Shown piece by piece: positions 18,907-28,493 of a stretch of 64,000 nt of DNA (positions are counted from its first letter, which is position 1; every line of letters begins with the position of its first letter). The position numbers were made by a program, and so were the translations under genes. The notes under the pieces were generated by a model. The model did not search any database. It was given only the letters and a program-made list of their open reading frames with translations, and had not been told where the DNA came from. This stretch comes from an uncultured Gammaproteobacteria bacterium (GTDB lineage: Bacteria > Patescibacteriota > Microgenomatia > UBA10105 > UBA927). The DNA is taken from the NCBI GenBank assembly GCA_964445435.1, contig CAYUKU010000002.1:47988-111987 (forward strand), read 5' to 3'.

Positions 18907-19947
18907 CTACTTTTTTAACTTTTTCATCGTCGTTAAAACAGGCAAAAAGTCCATGCCGCGGATCCAGACGAGACCGGTAGGCAGGGGATTAATGCGGCGC
19001 TTGGGGAGGGCAACTTTCTCGCCGAATGCGAGTTTGGTGTAGATGTACGGCATATTTAGGCCTGCCTGGGTAAAGAAGTGGTGCGTGGTAAAGAATCTCC
19101 CGATGTTGATCTCCGTCGGGTTTGGCTGGCCTTTCCGGTCATACGTTAAGTCCACGCCGTAGAGTCCGTGTGGTTTGGGGTCAATGGCGAGAATTGTTTC
19201 CTTTGCAATACGGTCGACATGCCGATCCCTGATCGTCAGTCCCGCACCCGTCACGCCCGTGATGCCGGAAGGGGAGACTTTCCCCATTTCCCAATAGAGC
19301 CGTTTTCTTCCTTGTGCGAGGATGAGATTGCCGTCCAGCCAAATAGACATCCAGGTGACGCTGTGGGGAGACAAATAGGATGCTGCAGTGAAGTGTCCCC
19401 AGCCGTCATGGAAATCGATCCATGAGGTTGCCTGTTTTACGCTCGTTGCCGGAAGTGATCCTTTGCCTGCTGCGCCGTGAATGTTGCGTAGCCAAAGAGG
19501 TGGCCCCAGCGTCGCAAACGCGTGCGCAAGGTCCGAGGGGGTGCTGATAAGCATCGTTTTGGGGACCGTTATTCCCGCCTTCTGCCACGCTACATACGAA
19601 CGGTATTTGTCCTGACAGGTGACGACAACATCGTTCGGAGGGAGAAATAAGCGTACGGGAAGTTTACCCCGATTACGGCTGAACCAGAGGATTTCCTCAT
19701 CATTCTGTACGTGAACGAAGTCGATTTTTTCTTTCTTAATAATGGTAAGAAGTTTCTTGCGAAAACTGCGGTCAGACGCTTTGGGCACCAAATAACGCGC
19801 GTCTGTCTCTGCACGGGCAAGGTAATACGGATCGGCGTCAGTGCCGACGAGATAGAATTTTTCCGGTGCACTTCGAAGCGAGCGGACGAAGTTGGTGGCG
19901 GGGGCGCCGCCCGCGCCCGCAACAAGGATACGTTTAGTCCTGTTCAT
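18907..19947 (-). CDS. ATP-grasp domain enzyme
   Basis: Start taken at MNRTKRILVAGAGGAPATNF (ATG at 19945-19947). Pre-ATP-grasp and ATP-grasp layout, with motifs such as HVQNDEE and a C-terminal E..N.GR-type signature. Confidence 0.7.
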   Translation of the reverse strand: MNRTKRILVAGAGGAPATNFVRSLRSAPEKFYLVGTDADPYYLARAETDARYLVPKASDRSFRKKLLTIIKKEKIDFVHVQNDEEILWFSRNRGKLPVRLFLPPNDVVVTCQDKYRSYVAWQKAGITVPKTMLISTPSDLAHAFATLGPPLWLRNIHGAAGKGSLPATSVKQATSWIDFHDGWGHFTAASYLSPHSVTWMSIWLDGNLILAQGRKRLYWEMGKVSPSGITGVTGAGLTIRDRHVDRIAKETILAIDPKPHGLYGVDLTYDRKGQPNPTEINIGRFFTTHHFFTQAGLNMPYIYTKLAFGEKVALPKRRINPLPTGLVWIRGMDFLPVLTTMKKLKK

Positions 19948-19989
19948 AATTTCATAGTAGATGTTTTCCGTGCGAACGATATCAGCTTC

Positions 19990-20133
19990 GCACACGAATT
20001 TGCAAAGACACGCTCACCAGATGGTTCTCTCGATTAAATAAGTAACCCCATCGTTCGCTACGTGAGCGTTCGCATATACAGTCATATTGACGAATGAAGA
20101 GCGAACGCTCAGTTGTCTTTGCACACTGTGCGC
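19990..20133. repeat. Copy 2 of the same ~145-bp structured intergenic repeat element
   Basis: gcacacgaatttgcaaagaca...tgtctttgcacactgtgcgc. Internal gagcgttcgc / gcgaacgctc stem carrying two compensatory base-pair changes relative to copy 1. Confidence 0.5.
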
Positions 20134-20195
20134 TACGCGCCGGTTCGCAGGAATTTTTCCGTGCCACCCGTCTGGCAAAGCACTGCAAAATTATA

Positions 20196-21341
20196 CTATT
20201 TCATCAATTGGGCAGTGAATGTGAGTATACGGTCGATGACAAAATCCTGCTCTTTGGGCGTAAGCCCCTTATAGATAGGAATGGTAAGCGTCTCTTTCGA
20301 GGCAAGCTCGGTGTGGGGGAGTTTGAGTTTCGGATAGAGCTTGCGGTAGGGGGCTTCCAAATGGGCAGAAGGGATGCCCCGGCGTGTGGCGATCCCAGCA
20401 TCAAGGAGTTTCTGCATGAGCCGGTCGCGGATACGAGCGCCGCCTGAGAGTCTGATCATATATGACTGATAGGTGTGGAAATACCCTTCGGGAATAAACG
20501 GGGGAATGATAACAGGATGACCCGCAAATGCCATGTTGTAGCGTTTACCAACCTCCTGTCGCGCTTCCAGAATCGAGGCTAATTTCGTAAATTGCGAGAG
20601 CCCAAGTGCCGCGTGGATATCAGACATTCTCAGGTTGTACCCGATAAGAGGATAGGATTCAAATAATACTTTGCGACTGTTATCTCTCTTCTTCACATCT
20701 ATCGACGCGCCGTGAGCCCGCAACATGGAAACGATTTTTGCGATGTTTGCATTTTTGGTCACCAGAAGACCGCCCTCCGCTGTCGTGATTGCTTTACGCG
20801 GGTGAAAGGAAAACGCGCCCCATGCCCCCCAATTTCCGACATGTTTGCCGTGTATCGTTGAGGCCAAACCACAAGCACAATCCTCAAAAAGGAGTACTTT
20901 TGCTGTTCGCGCGGTTTTCGCGAGTTTTGGCAGGTCGGCAGCCAACCCTACCTGGTGGACAGCGAGGATACCCCGTGTTTTTTTCGTAATTTTCCGTTCG
21001 ACGTCAGCGGGATCCAGATTGTAGGTTGCGGGATCTATGTCGACAAACACAGGGGTTGCTCCCGCATGAACGATACAGTTGGCGCTTGCGATAAATGAGA
21101 ATGAAGGGACCAGCACTTCATCGCCCGGGCCGATACCGCTTGCGAGAAGTCCCAGGTGCATGGCGGTGGTAGCGCTTGAAGTGGCGACGGAATAGGGACT
21201 CCCGATGTAGTCGCCGAGAAGTTTCTCCAATGCTTCTACTTTGGGGCCCTGAAGGACCCATCCGGAGCGTACGACCGAGGCAACGGCCTCTTCATCGTCT
21301 TTCGTAAAATATGGTTTGGCAACCGGAATTATTTTTTTCAT
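20196..21341 (-). CDS. DegT/DnrJ/EryC1/StrS-family PLP-dependent sugar aminotransferase
   Basis: MKKIIPVAKPYFTKDDEEAV...VATSSATTAMHLGL...GDEVLVPSFSFIASAN, typical of the family. A Lys-containing region follows downstream. Confidence 0.9.
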   Translation of the reverse strand: MKKIIPVAKPYFTKDDEEAVASVVRSGWVLQGPKVEALEKLLGDYIGSPYSVATSSATTAMHLGLLASGIGPGDEVLVPSFSFIASANCIVHAGATPVFVDIDPATYNLDPADVERKITKKTRGILAVHQVGLAADLPKLAKTARTAKVLLFEDCACGLASTIHGKHVGNWGAWGAFSFHPRKAITTAEGGLLVTKNANIAKIVSMLRAHGASIDVKKRDNSRKVLFESYPLIGYNLRMSDIHAALGLSQFTKLASILEARQEVGKRYNMAFAGHPVIIPPFIPEGYFHTYQSYMIRLSGGARIRDRLMQKLLDAGIATRRGIPSAHLEAPYRKLYPKLKLPHTELASKETLTIPIYKGLTPKEQDFVIDRILTFTAQLMK

Positions 21342-21796
21342 TTGAGATATTTTTTACTCGACCCAACCACTTTTCCCGGGACGCCCATGACGAGCGAGTA
21401 GGGAGGGATGGTTGTCCCTTCCGGAACGACGCAACCTGCTCCGATGACGCTATGATGGCCGATCGTCGATCCCATAAGAATTACCGCATTGGAGCCGATA
21501 AAGCAATAGTCGCCGATGGTCACATCACCCGTGTCGATCTTGTCGTATGCGCGCTCACTGACGCAGCGGCGGACTGTGGAGTGGCTAATGACCTGGGCAC
21601 CTGTTGCGATATTGCAGCCTTTTCCTATCGTCACGCTGGCGTGTTTGGCATCGATGAGCGTGAATGCGCCGATCCAGGTGCCTTCACCAATTACGGGATT
21701 CCCCAGAATCCAGGCGTGGGGATTGTAGGGGTTGGGCGGGAAGCCGTGACTCAGCGCGGACCCTGCCGGACTATTTGTATTCTTTTTCATTACCAA
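21338..21796 (-). CDS. Hexapeptide-repeat (left-handed beta-helix) sugar acetyltransferase
   Basis: Repeated [LIV]GxxxxI hexapeptides (IGEGTWIGAFTLI, IGDYCFIGSNAVI, IGHHSVIGAGCVV). Its ATGA start/stop overlaps the aminotransferase gene. Confidence 0.85.
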   Translation of the reverse strand: MVMKKNTNSPAGSALSHGFPPNPYNPHAWILGNPVIGEGTWIGAFTLIDAKHASVTIGKGCNIATGAQVISHSTVRRCVSERAYDKIDTGDVTIGDYCFIGSNAVILMGSTIGHHSVIGAGCVVPEGTTIPPYSLVMGVPGKVVGSSKKYLK

Positions 21797-22779
21797 TTAA
21801 CATCAGGCACTTGTGATAACAGTTTTTTCGGATCCGGATACGTTTTTTTCACCCATGCGATATATTTTTTTATCCCTTCCCGAATGTCAATCTGCGGCGA
21901 GTAAGAAAGAAATTTTTTTGCTTTCCTGATATCCGCATAGTGACGCATGACGTCGCTGGGACGGGCCGGTTTCATAACAGGTTTATCAGGAAGACCTGTT
22001 TCGGCACAGATGTATGAGGCGATATCCCGGATCGTGACTTCCTCTCCGCGGGCAATGTTCACGGCATCACCCAGAAGTACATCTGACTGCCCGGCTTGTA
22101 TGATGCCGGCCACCGTATCGGTAACGTAGGTAAAGTCGCGGGTTTGTTTGCCCGTACCAAAGATAAGGGGAGGCTTGCCGTTGAGTGCGCGAACGACGAA
22201 ACGGGGGATAACTTCGCCGTAAACTCCCTCGAAATGGCTCCGGGGGCCGTAGGTATTAAACGGCCGGATGATGAGCGTGGGCAGTCCCTGGTGATCGTTG
22301 AAATGCCTGGTATAGAGCTCGCCCATGTATTTGCTCATGCCGTACACCGTTGTAGGGTTCATAGAATGCGTTTCTGGAATTTTGGGAGTGGTAGCACTGC
22401 CGTAGACTTCGGAGGAAGAGATATAAATAAATCTCTTCACTCCTGCCTTCTTCGCGGCCAAAAGAGCCGAGAGGGCACCCGTGGCGTTGACTTCATGAAC
22501 ATACCGTTCGTCTGACAGTGAGAGGCGGACGCACGCTGCGCTGAAATGGAAAACGACATCGATGCCGCGAAGAGAGGATGTGAGAAGTTTGGTGTTCAGA
22601 ACATCACCCTTTATTACCCGTTTGACGCCGAAGGATAAGAGCTCCTTGGGGGTCACCACGGAAGAAGCGAATTTGTCATAGACCGTCACCCGCGCAGTCT
22701 TTGCCATCGTTTCGGCGAAATGCGAACCAATGAATCCGGCGCCCCCGGTGACGAGAATGGATGATCCGGCTAGTTTCAT
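21790..22779 (-). CDS. NAD-dependent epimerase/dehydratase (UDP-sugar 4-epimerase / 4,6-dehydratase family)
   Basis: Start at [20 protein letters not shown] (ATG at 22777-22779). A YxxxK catalytic context is present. Confidence 0.85.
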   Translation of the reverse strand: MKLAGSSILVTGGAGFIGSHFAETMAKTARVTVYDKFASSVVTPKELLSFGVKRVIKGDVLNTKLLTSSLRGIDVVFHFSAACVRLSLSDERYVHEVNATGALSALLAAKKAGVKRFIYISSSEVYGSATTPKIPETHSMNPTTVYGMSKYMGELYTRHFNDHQGLPTLIIRPFNTYGPRSHFEGVYGEVIPRFVVRALNGKPPLIFGTGKQTRDFTYVTDTVAGIIQAGQSDVLLGDAVNIARGEEVTIRDIASYICAETGLPDKPVMKPARPSDVMRHYADIRKAKKFLSYSPQIDIREGIKKYIAWVKKTYPDPKKLLSQVPDVNW

Positions 22780-22853
22780 GCCCACGCATAATACCACACG
22801 CATGTACGGCAGTGTATTGTATGTGGCAGGAAATAGTGTTTGAATGAAAGAGT

Positions 22854-23600
22854 ATGGCAAAAACCAAGAATGACACTTCTCTCCATATGGCACCAAGTGA
22901 AACCGTTCAATACGTCCTTGCTGTCCTGTTGGGCGCCCTCGTCCTTCTGGGAACCTGGAAATATACCATGCTCGTCGGCGAGGCCAAGGGATTAACGATT
23001 CTCAATAAAACCCTCTCGTCAGGAACGTTGTTTCTTCTCTCGTTTGTCCTTCTTATCGGCCCCATGAACAGGCTTTTTGGCGCAGTATGGCGGTCACTTT
23101 TCATTTTGCGGCGCGAGCTTGGAATGGCCGCGTTTCTTACGGGATTTACTCACGTGTATCTGTCCATGTTCCCACTAGCGCGCAGGGGACCGTTCGGGTT
23201 CTATGAAGCCCGTCCCTGGTCCGCGTATCCGGGACTCCTGGGCCTTGTTCTTATGGCGCTCCTGTTTGCGTTTTCATTCATGAAGCTGCAAAAGCTTCTT
23301 CCTGCTTCTTCCTGGTGGAAGCTTCAATACATAGGTGCGCGGGTGGCGCTTCTTGGGATTGTCGTTCACACGGTTGTTCTTCGTTGGAGCGGGTGGACAG
23401 CCTGGGCTGCAAACTGGTGGAAAGGCGCCGATGCGTATCCGCCGCTTGCGCTGCTTGGCACATTGTTTGCGCTCTATGTAGCAAAGGTGAAGCTCATCGA
23501 GCGGTTCCATGGAGGGAAAGCAAAAATCCATGTCACCGGGTTTACGTTCGCCTTCATTGTGTCGGTCGTATTCCTTTTCGTGTTTCCGGGGCTTCGGTAA
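22854..23600 (+). CDS. Ferric-reductase-like transmembrane domain protein (MsrQ/YedZ-like)
   Basis: About six TM helices with conserved His residues in helices (GFTHVYL, VVHTVVL), typical of the FRD heme-binding fold. Assignment is from architecture only. Confidence 0.5.
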   Translation: MAKTKNDTSLHMAPSETVQYVLAVLLGALVLLGTWKYTMLVGEAKGLTILNKTLSSGTLFLLSFVLLIGPMNRLFGAVWRSLFILRRELGMAAFLTGFTHVYLSMFPLARRGPFGFYEARPWSAYPGLLGLVLMALLFAFSFMKLQKLLPASSWWKLQYIGARVALLGIVVHTVVLRWSGWTAWAANWWKGADAYPPLALLGTLFALYVAKVKLIERFHGGKAKIHVTGFTFAFIVSVVFLFVFPGLR

Positions 23601-23605
23601 GCGGA

Positions 23606-24712
23606 CTATTTCGCGAAGAATTTCCTGATCTCACGGATAATGTAGGCAATTTCTTTTTGCGTTAATTCGGCGTAGATAGGAAGGGTAAGCATGGTTTTTG
23701 CGCGATCTTCGGATACCGGGAAGTCACCCTTCTTGTACCCTAAGAATTTGAGGGCCGGCGTCAGATGTAACGCAGTGGGGTAGTGGATGCCAGTGTGAAT
23801 TCCTTTTTCTTCAAGATATTTGGCTAAGGCATCGCGGCGGGCAGTGCGGACGATGAAGAGGTGATAGTTCTGATACTCGTCTTTGCCGACTTCTGAAGGA
23901 AGGATAATATCGCCGACGCCCGCGAGCATTGCTATATATTGTTTGGCAACGGCGTTTCTTTTTTCGTTCCAGGCGTCAAGATGTTTGAGTTTCACTGACA
24001 GGACGGCGGCCTGGATCGTATCCAGACGGCTGTTCGTGCCCAGGCGGATGTGGTCGTATTTCTTCTTCTGGCCGATGTTTCTAATGATGCGGATGGTTTC
24101 GGCGTATCTGGCATTGTTTGTGGTAATGGCGCCAGCATCGCCAAACGCGCCCAGGTTCTTGCCGGGATAGAAGGAAAACGCAGCCATATCGCCGAATGAT
24201 CCGGTTTTCTTCCTGCTAATGGATGCGCCGTGGGCTTGTGCGGCGTCCTCAAGAACGAGGAGTTTATGGGCGCGTGCGAGTGTTGTGAGTTTTTCCATCG
24301 GAGCAGGGCGGCCGTACAAATGAACGGGGAGAATCGCTTTTGTGCGCTTCGTGATTGCGCGTTTCACCCCCTCCACATCAATCATGCCGTCCTCGTCACA
24401 GTCGACGAAGACCGGTGTGGCACCCAGTTCGATAACCGGAAGCGCGCTTGCGATAAACGTGTTTGCCTGGAGGATAACCTCATCACCCTTGGTGATGCCA
24501 GCCGCCTGAAGCATAATCTTGATGGCGTCCGTGCCGCTTGCGACTCCCACGCAATGAGAAACGCCGATGTACCGGGCAAAGGCTTCTTCAAATTCGCCGA
24601 CTGCGTCGCCGAGAATGAAATCAGCTTTTGCGCACACGCGGGCAATGGCAGCGTCCGCTTCGCGTTTGATGGATGCATACTGGCGGGCGAGATTGACGAG
24701 GGGGATATTCAT
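23606..24712 (-). CDS. DegT-family PLP-dependent sugar aminotransferase (WbpE-like)
   Basis: The true start is the internal [16 protein letters not shown]. The Arg-rich 105-aa extension of the listed ORF is a spurious upstream read-through. Its ATGA start overlaps the stop of the acetyltransferase. Confidence 0.85.
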   Translation of the reverse strand: MNIPLVNLARQYASIKREADAAIARVCAKADFILGDAVGEFEEAFARYIGVSHCVGVASGTDAIKIMLQAAGITKGDEVILQANTFIASALPVIELGATPVFVDCDEDGMIDVEGVKRAITKRTKAILPVHLYGRPAPMEKLTTLARAHKLLVLEDAAQAHGASISRKKTGSFGDMAAFSFYPGKNLGAFGDAGAITTNNARYAETIRIIRNIGQKKKYDHIRLGTNSRLDTIQAAVLSVKLKHLDAWNEKRNAVAKQYIAMLAGVGDIILPSEVGKDEYQNYHLFIVRTARRDALAKYLEEKGIHTGIHYPTALHLTPALKFLGYKKGDFPVSEDRAKTMLTLPIYAELTQKEIAYIIREIRKFFAK

Positions 24713-25170
24713 TTCTTGATTATTTTGGCAGGGTTTCCGACCACCGTTGCGCCGTCGGGAACGTCTTTCGTGACGACTGCGCCGGCCCCGACGAGTGCGT
24801 TTTTCCCGATCGTCACTCCCGGAAGAATGGTCGCGCCCGCACCGATGGCGGCACCGTCTTTCACGACTGTCCGGTCCATCTGCCAGTCGCAGGCTTCCTT
24901 GCGTGTGCCGTCCTCGTTGGTCGCCCGGGGATAGCGGTCGTTGGTGAACGTGACGTTGGGCCCTACAAAGACGCCGTCGCCGATCGTGATACCCTCGGGA
25001 ATGTAAACCATCGCCTGGAGCTTGCAATTTTTCCCAACGACTGCGCCTGCTTTTATCTCGACAAAGGAACCGATGGAGGTGCCTTCACCGATCGTGCAGC
25101 CGAAGAGGTTGACCTGATCCGGGTGGTGGATGACGACGTTTTTCCCGAGTTTGACATCGTTTTTAATCAT
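24709..25170 (-). CDS. Hexapeptide-repeat N-acetyltransferase (WbpD/PglD-like)
   Basis: Start at [17 protein letters not shown] (ATG at 25168-25170). Left-handed beta-helix repeats run throughout the protein. Confidence 0.8.
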   Translation of the reverse strand: MIKNDVKLGKNVVIHHPDQVNLFGCTIGEGTSIGSFVEIKAGAVVGKNCKLQAMVYIPEGITIGDGVFVGPNVTFTNDRYPRATNEDGTRKEACDWQMDRTVVKDGAAIGAGATILPGVTIGKNALVGAGAVVTKDVPDGATVVGNPAKIIKK

Positions 25171-25185
25171 ATGCTGTTTTTTGTC

Positions 25186-25251
25186 ATCCCGGCCTCCGAG
25201 CCGGGATCCAATGCCCTGAGAAGGATATGGATTCCGGGTCATGCCCGGAAT
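25186..25251. other. Two adjacent GC-rich 8-bp hairpins in the 68-bp spacer between the WbpB-like and WbpD-like genes
   Basis: atcccggc-ctccga-gccgggat (25186-25207) and attccggg-tcatg-cccggaat (25231-25251). The second hairpin encloses the stop codon of the upstream gene. Neither is followed by a U-tract on either strand. Confidence 0.35.
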
Positions 25252-26258
25252 GACAAAGAAATTGGCTTTCCTTCACGTCTTAATGACTTCGTTGCAGCCT
25301 CGATACAGCGTACCACCAACAATCCCTGATTGCCATCGGTAAGAGGGGGCTTGCCGGTATTTACTGACCGGACAAACTCAGAAACAACGCCGAAGAGCGC
25401 TTCGCCGACATCAAGCTTCGGGACGACCGCCGTGCCGCTTCGGTAACCGACTCTCAAGGCGTACGCCTGTTTGGGATCGGAGGTGACGGAGACACTTTTG
25501 TCGTAAATTTTGATTTTCTCTGATGGTTCCATATCATCATAGACTGCCATCTTTTTCGTCCCGACGAGAATCATTCGGCGTATCTTAATGGGGGACAACC
25601 AGCTGACGTGACTGTGGAGAAACAGCATGCTGTCGTATGTTGCCGCGATGTGGGCGACTGTTTCCTGGTGGAGATCTTCCTGGGCGATGCCGGTTGCGGA
25701 AATACGGGTCGGTGATTTCCCGAAGAGGTAATGCATGATGGAGAAGTCATGGACCGCAAGATCTGCAACGACGTTGCTGTCTTTCTGAAATAAACCCAGA
25801 TTAGTGCGCACGCTGTCCACGTAAAAGACCCGTCCCAGCGCGCCGCGGGTGAGAATATCTTTTAGTTTCCTCACTGCGGGAGTAAAGAGAAATGTGTGGT
25901 CGACCATGAGCGTTTTTTTCGCGCGCTGCGCCTGGGAGAGCAGAGTTCGGGCGTCTTTTTCACTTGTCGTGAGCGGTTTTTCCACGAGAACGTGCTTGCC
26001 GGCGAGAATGGCTTTCCGAGCAAGGGAAAAGTGAGTACTTGGAGGTGTAACGATAATAACCGCATGCGTCTGGGGATCAGCAAAGACATCATCGATGCGT
26101 TTCGTGGTTTTCACGGTGGGGTATTGAAGAGGTATGGACGCAAGGACTTTGGGATTGACATCACAGACCCATGAAACGGACGCGCCCGGCAGAAGAGACA
26201 GATTCCGGACGATGTTCGGTCCCCAATACCCGTATCCGATAACGGCGATTTTCACCAT
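25239..26258 (-). CDS. Gfo/Idh/MocA-family NAD(P)-dependent oxidoreductase (WbpB-like)
   Basis: [19 protein letters not shown]ossmann N-terminus and an EKPL motif ([11 protein letters not shown]). Confidence 0.85.
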   Translation of the reverse strand: MVKIAVIGYGYWGPNIVRNLSLLPGASVSWVCDVNPKVLASIPLQYPTVKTTKRIDDVFADPQTHAVIIVTPPSTHFSLARKAILAGKHVLVEKPLTTSEKDARTLLSQAQRAKKTLMVDHTFLFTPAVRKLKDILTRGALGRVFYVDSVRTNLGLFQKDSNVVADLAVHDFSIMHYLFGKSPTRISATGIAQEDLHQETVAHIAATYDSMLFLHSHVSWLSPIKIRRMILVGTKKMAVYDDMEPSEKIKIYDKSVSVTSDPKQAYALRVGYRSGTAVVPKLDVGEALFGVVSEFVRSVNTGKPPLTDGNQGLLVVRCIEAATKSLRREGKPISLSFRA

Positions 26259-26304
26259 TCTGGCCGGTACAATACATCATTTCTCCTTCTGTTACAATGG
26301 GAGG

Positions 26305-27795
26305 ATGAAGCGATACGGGGAGCGTATTATCCAGGGGATTCTCTTGGCAACATTCGCGTTGCTTCTCTATTGGCGGTGGCAGGTATCGCAGACCAGGTTC
26401 TTTGACGTAGACGAGTTTAGCTATCTCCACTGGGCGGCCAATATCGCAAAAGGAGAGCGTCCTTATACTGATTTTTTCCTCATATTCACTCCCGGGTTTC
26501 TTTTCTTTTTCGCGCCGGTTGTGAAGCTTTTTTGGATGAGTGCGCAGGTTTTCACTGCGGCCAGGGCGCTTGCATTTGTGATTTTTCTGGGTATTCTTGC
26601 ATCCTTGGGGGTGGCATTTGCATGGACACGAACGAGCCGATGGATGCTCCTGCCGCTTATCATTCTTGCATTTCTTCCCATGCCTTATGATAAATTTCTG
26701 GAAATCAGGCCGGACAATCTGGCAACGTTGTTGGCCTTCTCCAGTCTTCTGGTTCACATCCATGCGATCCGTTCGGGCAGGCGCGCCCAATGGTTTTCTG
26801 CGGGCGTGGGATACATGGTATCGCTTATCGTTTTTGTGAAAACGATACCGTTTCTTGCCGTCGGGACAGCCGTCACAATGCTTGCCTGGAAGATGGCTGA
26901 GATACGGCGCGAAGACGTGGCGGCGTTTATGTTTGGAGCTGCTGCACCACTCCTTATCCTTCTCATATATTTCATTTCTCTTGGCGATGTGGGGCATGCG
27001 CTCTATTCCGTCGGCAAACTCCCGTTTGAGACAACGCAGGTGGGGAAGATCGACATCATGGAATCGCATCTGTTTTTCTTCCCCAATGCGTCGTTTTATG
27101 GAGGATGGGGGATGACACCCGGACTTATCGCCAATCACGCATTGTGGATTATCGGACTGCTGGTTGGGGTACTAAGATTCTTCACCCCGTTTGTCACTGC
27201 GGAGGGCAACAGGAAAAAAACGCTCACGGAGCTTCTCATGGCCGGCACGTTTATCGTATCCGTCTATGGGTACGTGCAGTTTTTCCCCTTGAAACACAGT
27301 CAATACCTTATCCCCATTGCGATCTTCGTTTCATACTACGCTGCCGACGGATTGGTATGGCTTTTTGAGTTCGTCGAAAAAAGAAACACGGTATTGTTAG
27401 GGTTTCTTATTCTTGTCCTGGCGCTGTTTCTTGCCCAGACGACCGTATCCGTCAATACCCCAAAATTGGCGATGGGCAACGGGGTTCAGCTTGCGGAAAC
27501 AAAGCGGCTCATCGCGTCGGTGCCACGCGAGAGTTCTGTCGTTGATCTTGAGGGGAAGATGCTTTTCTGGAAAGACGGGTACTATATCTGCTGTGTCGCA
27601 TTTGGGAGTTTCACCAGGTTCATGACACGTCAGCCGCCCGAGTTTTCCCAAGCGCTTACCCAAGGGAATGTAGAATATATTTATCAGGGAGATAGCAACC
27701 GTTTGGGATTGTTGGCGCCTGAGGATCGTGCATACATTTCCCGGTATTATGCGCCTGTCGCCGGATGGGGAGACAGACTGTGGAAGAGGCGCTGA
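26305..27795 (+). CDS. GT-C fold membrane glycosyltransferase (ArnT/PMT-like)
   Basis: ATG at 26305 preceded by GGGAGG. A DVDEFSY (DE-type) motif lies in the first extracytoplasmic loop, followed by about 11 TM helices and a C-terminal soluble domain. Confidence 0.7.
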   Translation: MKRYGERIIQGILLATFALLLYWRWQVSQTRFFDVDEFSYLHWAANIAKGERPYTDFFLIFTPGFLFFFAPVVKLFWMSAQVFTAARALAFVIFLGILASLGVAFAWTRTSRWMLLPLIILAFLPMPYDKFLEIRPDNLATLLAFSSLLVHIHAIRSGRRAQWFSAGVGYMVSLIVFVKTIPFLAVGTAVTMLAWKMAEIRREDVAAFMFGAAAPLLILLIYFISLGDVGHALYSVGKLPFETTQVGKIDIMESHLFFFPNASFYGGWGMTPGLIANHALWIIGLLVGVLRFFTPFVTAEGNRKKTLTELLMAGTFIVSVYGYVQFFPLKHSQYLIPIAIFVSYYAADGLVWLFEFVEKRNTVLLGFLILVLALFLAQTTVSVNTPKLAMGNGVQLAETKRLIASVPRESSVVDLEGKMLFWKDGYYICCVAFGSFTRFMTRQPPEFSQALTQGNVEYIYQGDSNRLGLLAPEDRAYISRYYAPVAGWGDRLWKRR

Positions 27796-28490
27796 CTGAT
27801 GGCCCAGATATAGATACGAAGGTATCGGGGGAAACGCTGCCAGAACCGAAACTTCGAGTGCCCCTTCGTGCGGCCGAGCCACCGTGTCGGGATTTCCGTT
27901 ATTTTCGCACCGTTGTAATAAGCCTGAAGAACGATCTCCATGGATGCTTCCACGCCGCTTCGCTTATCGATCGGAATCGCACGGATGACTGATGTCCGGT
28001 ACATTTTATACGCATTGCTTATATCCCACGTAGGGATGCCGGTAATGAGGCGCATGGTCGTGCAGACAAAACGGGAAAAGAGTGACTGAAGAATCGGCCC
28101 GCCTGTTTTGCGGCCGCCGCTCATATACCGTGAAGCGCACACGATGTCCCACCCTTCTTCCATTTTCTTCACCATCCGGTCTATATCTTTCGGGTCATCG
28201 CAGAGATCCGCCATAACCGGAACCACAAGGGGAGTCTTCGTAGCGGCAATTCCCATGGCAAGGGCGGATGCAAATGAGCTTGTCTTGCCGGTTCGATGAA
28301 GAAGCGATACCTCAGGATGACGCCTGATGAATGGACGGACAGAGTCGGCAGTTTTGTCCAGTTCGTCCGTATCGTTGACGACAAGAATCCGGTGAGGAGT
28401 TTTTACGGACCTCAGGAGGGATTCAAGGACCGCAAGAATGGATTCTTCTTCGTGTTTGGCGGGGATGATGATGGTGAGTTGTGGTAGCAT
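27747..28490 (-). CDS. Family 2 glycosyltransferase (dolichyl/polyprenyl-phosphate mannose synthase-like)
   Basis: LTIIIPAKHEEESI...ILVVNDTDE...ASRYMSGG, a Dpm1-like layout. Confidence 0.85.
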   Translation of the reverse strand: MLPQLTIIIPAKHEEESILAVLESLLRSVKTPHRILVVNDTDELDKTADSVRPFIRRHPEVSLLHRTGKTSSFASALAMGIAATKTPLVVPVMADLCDDPKDIDRMVKKMEEGWDIVCASRYMSGGRKTGGPILQSLFSRFVCTTMRLITGIPTWDISNAYKMYRTSVIRAIPIDKRSGVEASMEIVLQAYYNGAKITEIPTRWLGRTKGHSKFRFWQRFPRYLRIYIWAISQRLFHSLSPHPATGA

Positions 28491-28493
28491 CGG

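Noticed and set aside
24713-25027. Arg-rich 105-aa N-terminal extension of the listed 473-aa minus-strand ORF
   Set aside because: Its composition is extreme (RRRR/RG-rich, non-protein-like) and it overlaps the hexapeptide acetyltransferase gene in another frame. A canonical DegT N-terminus starts at the internal Met (MNIPLV) with an ATGA overlap, so the extension is a spurious upstream read-through.
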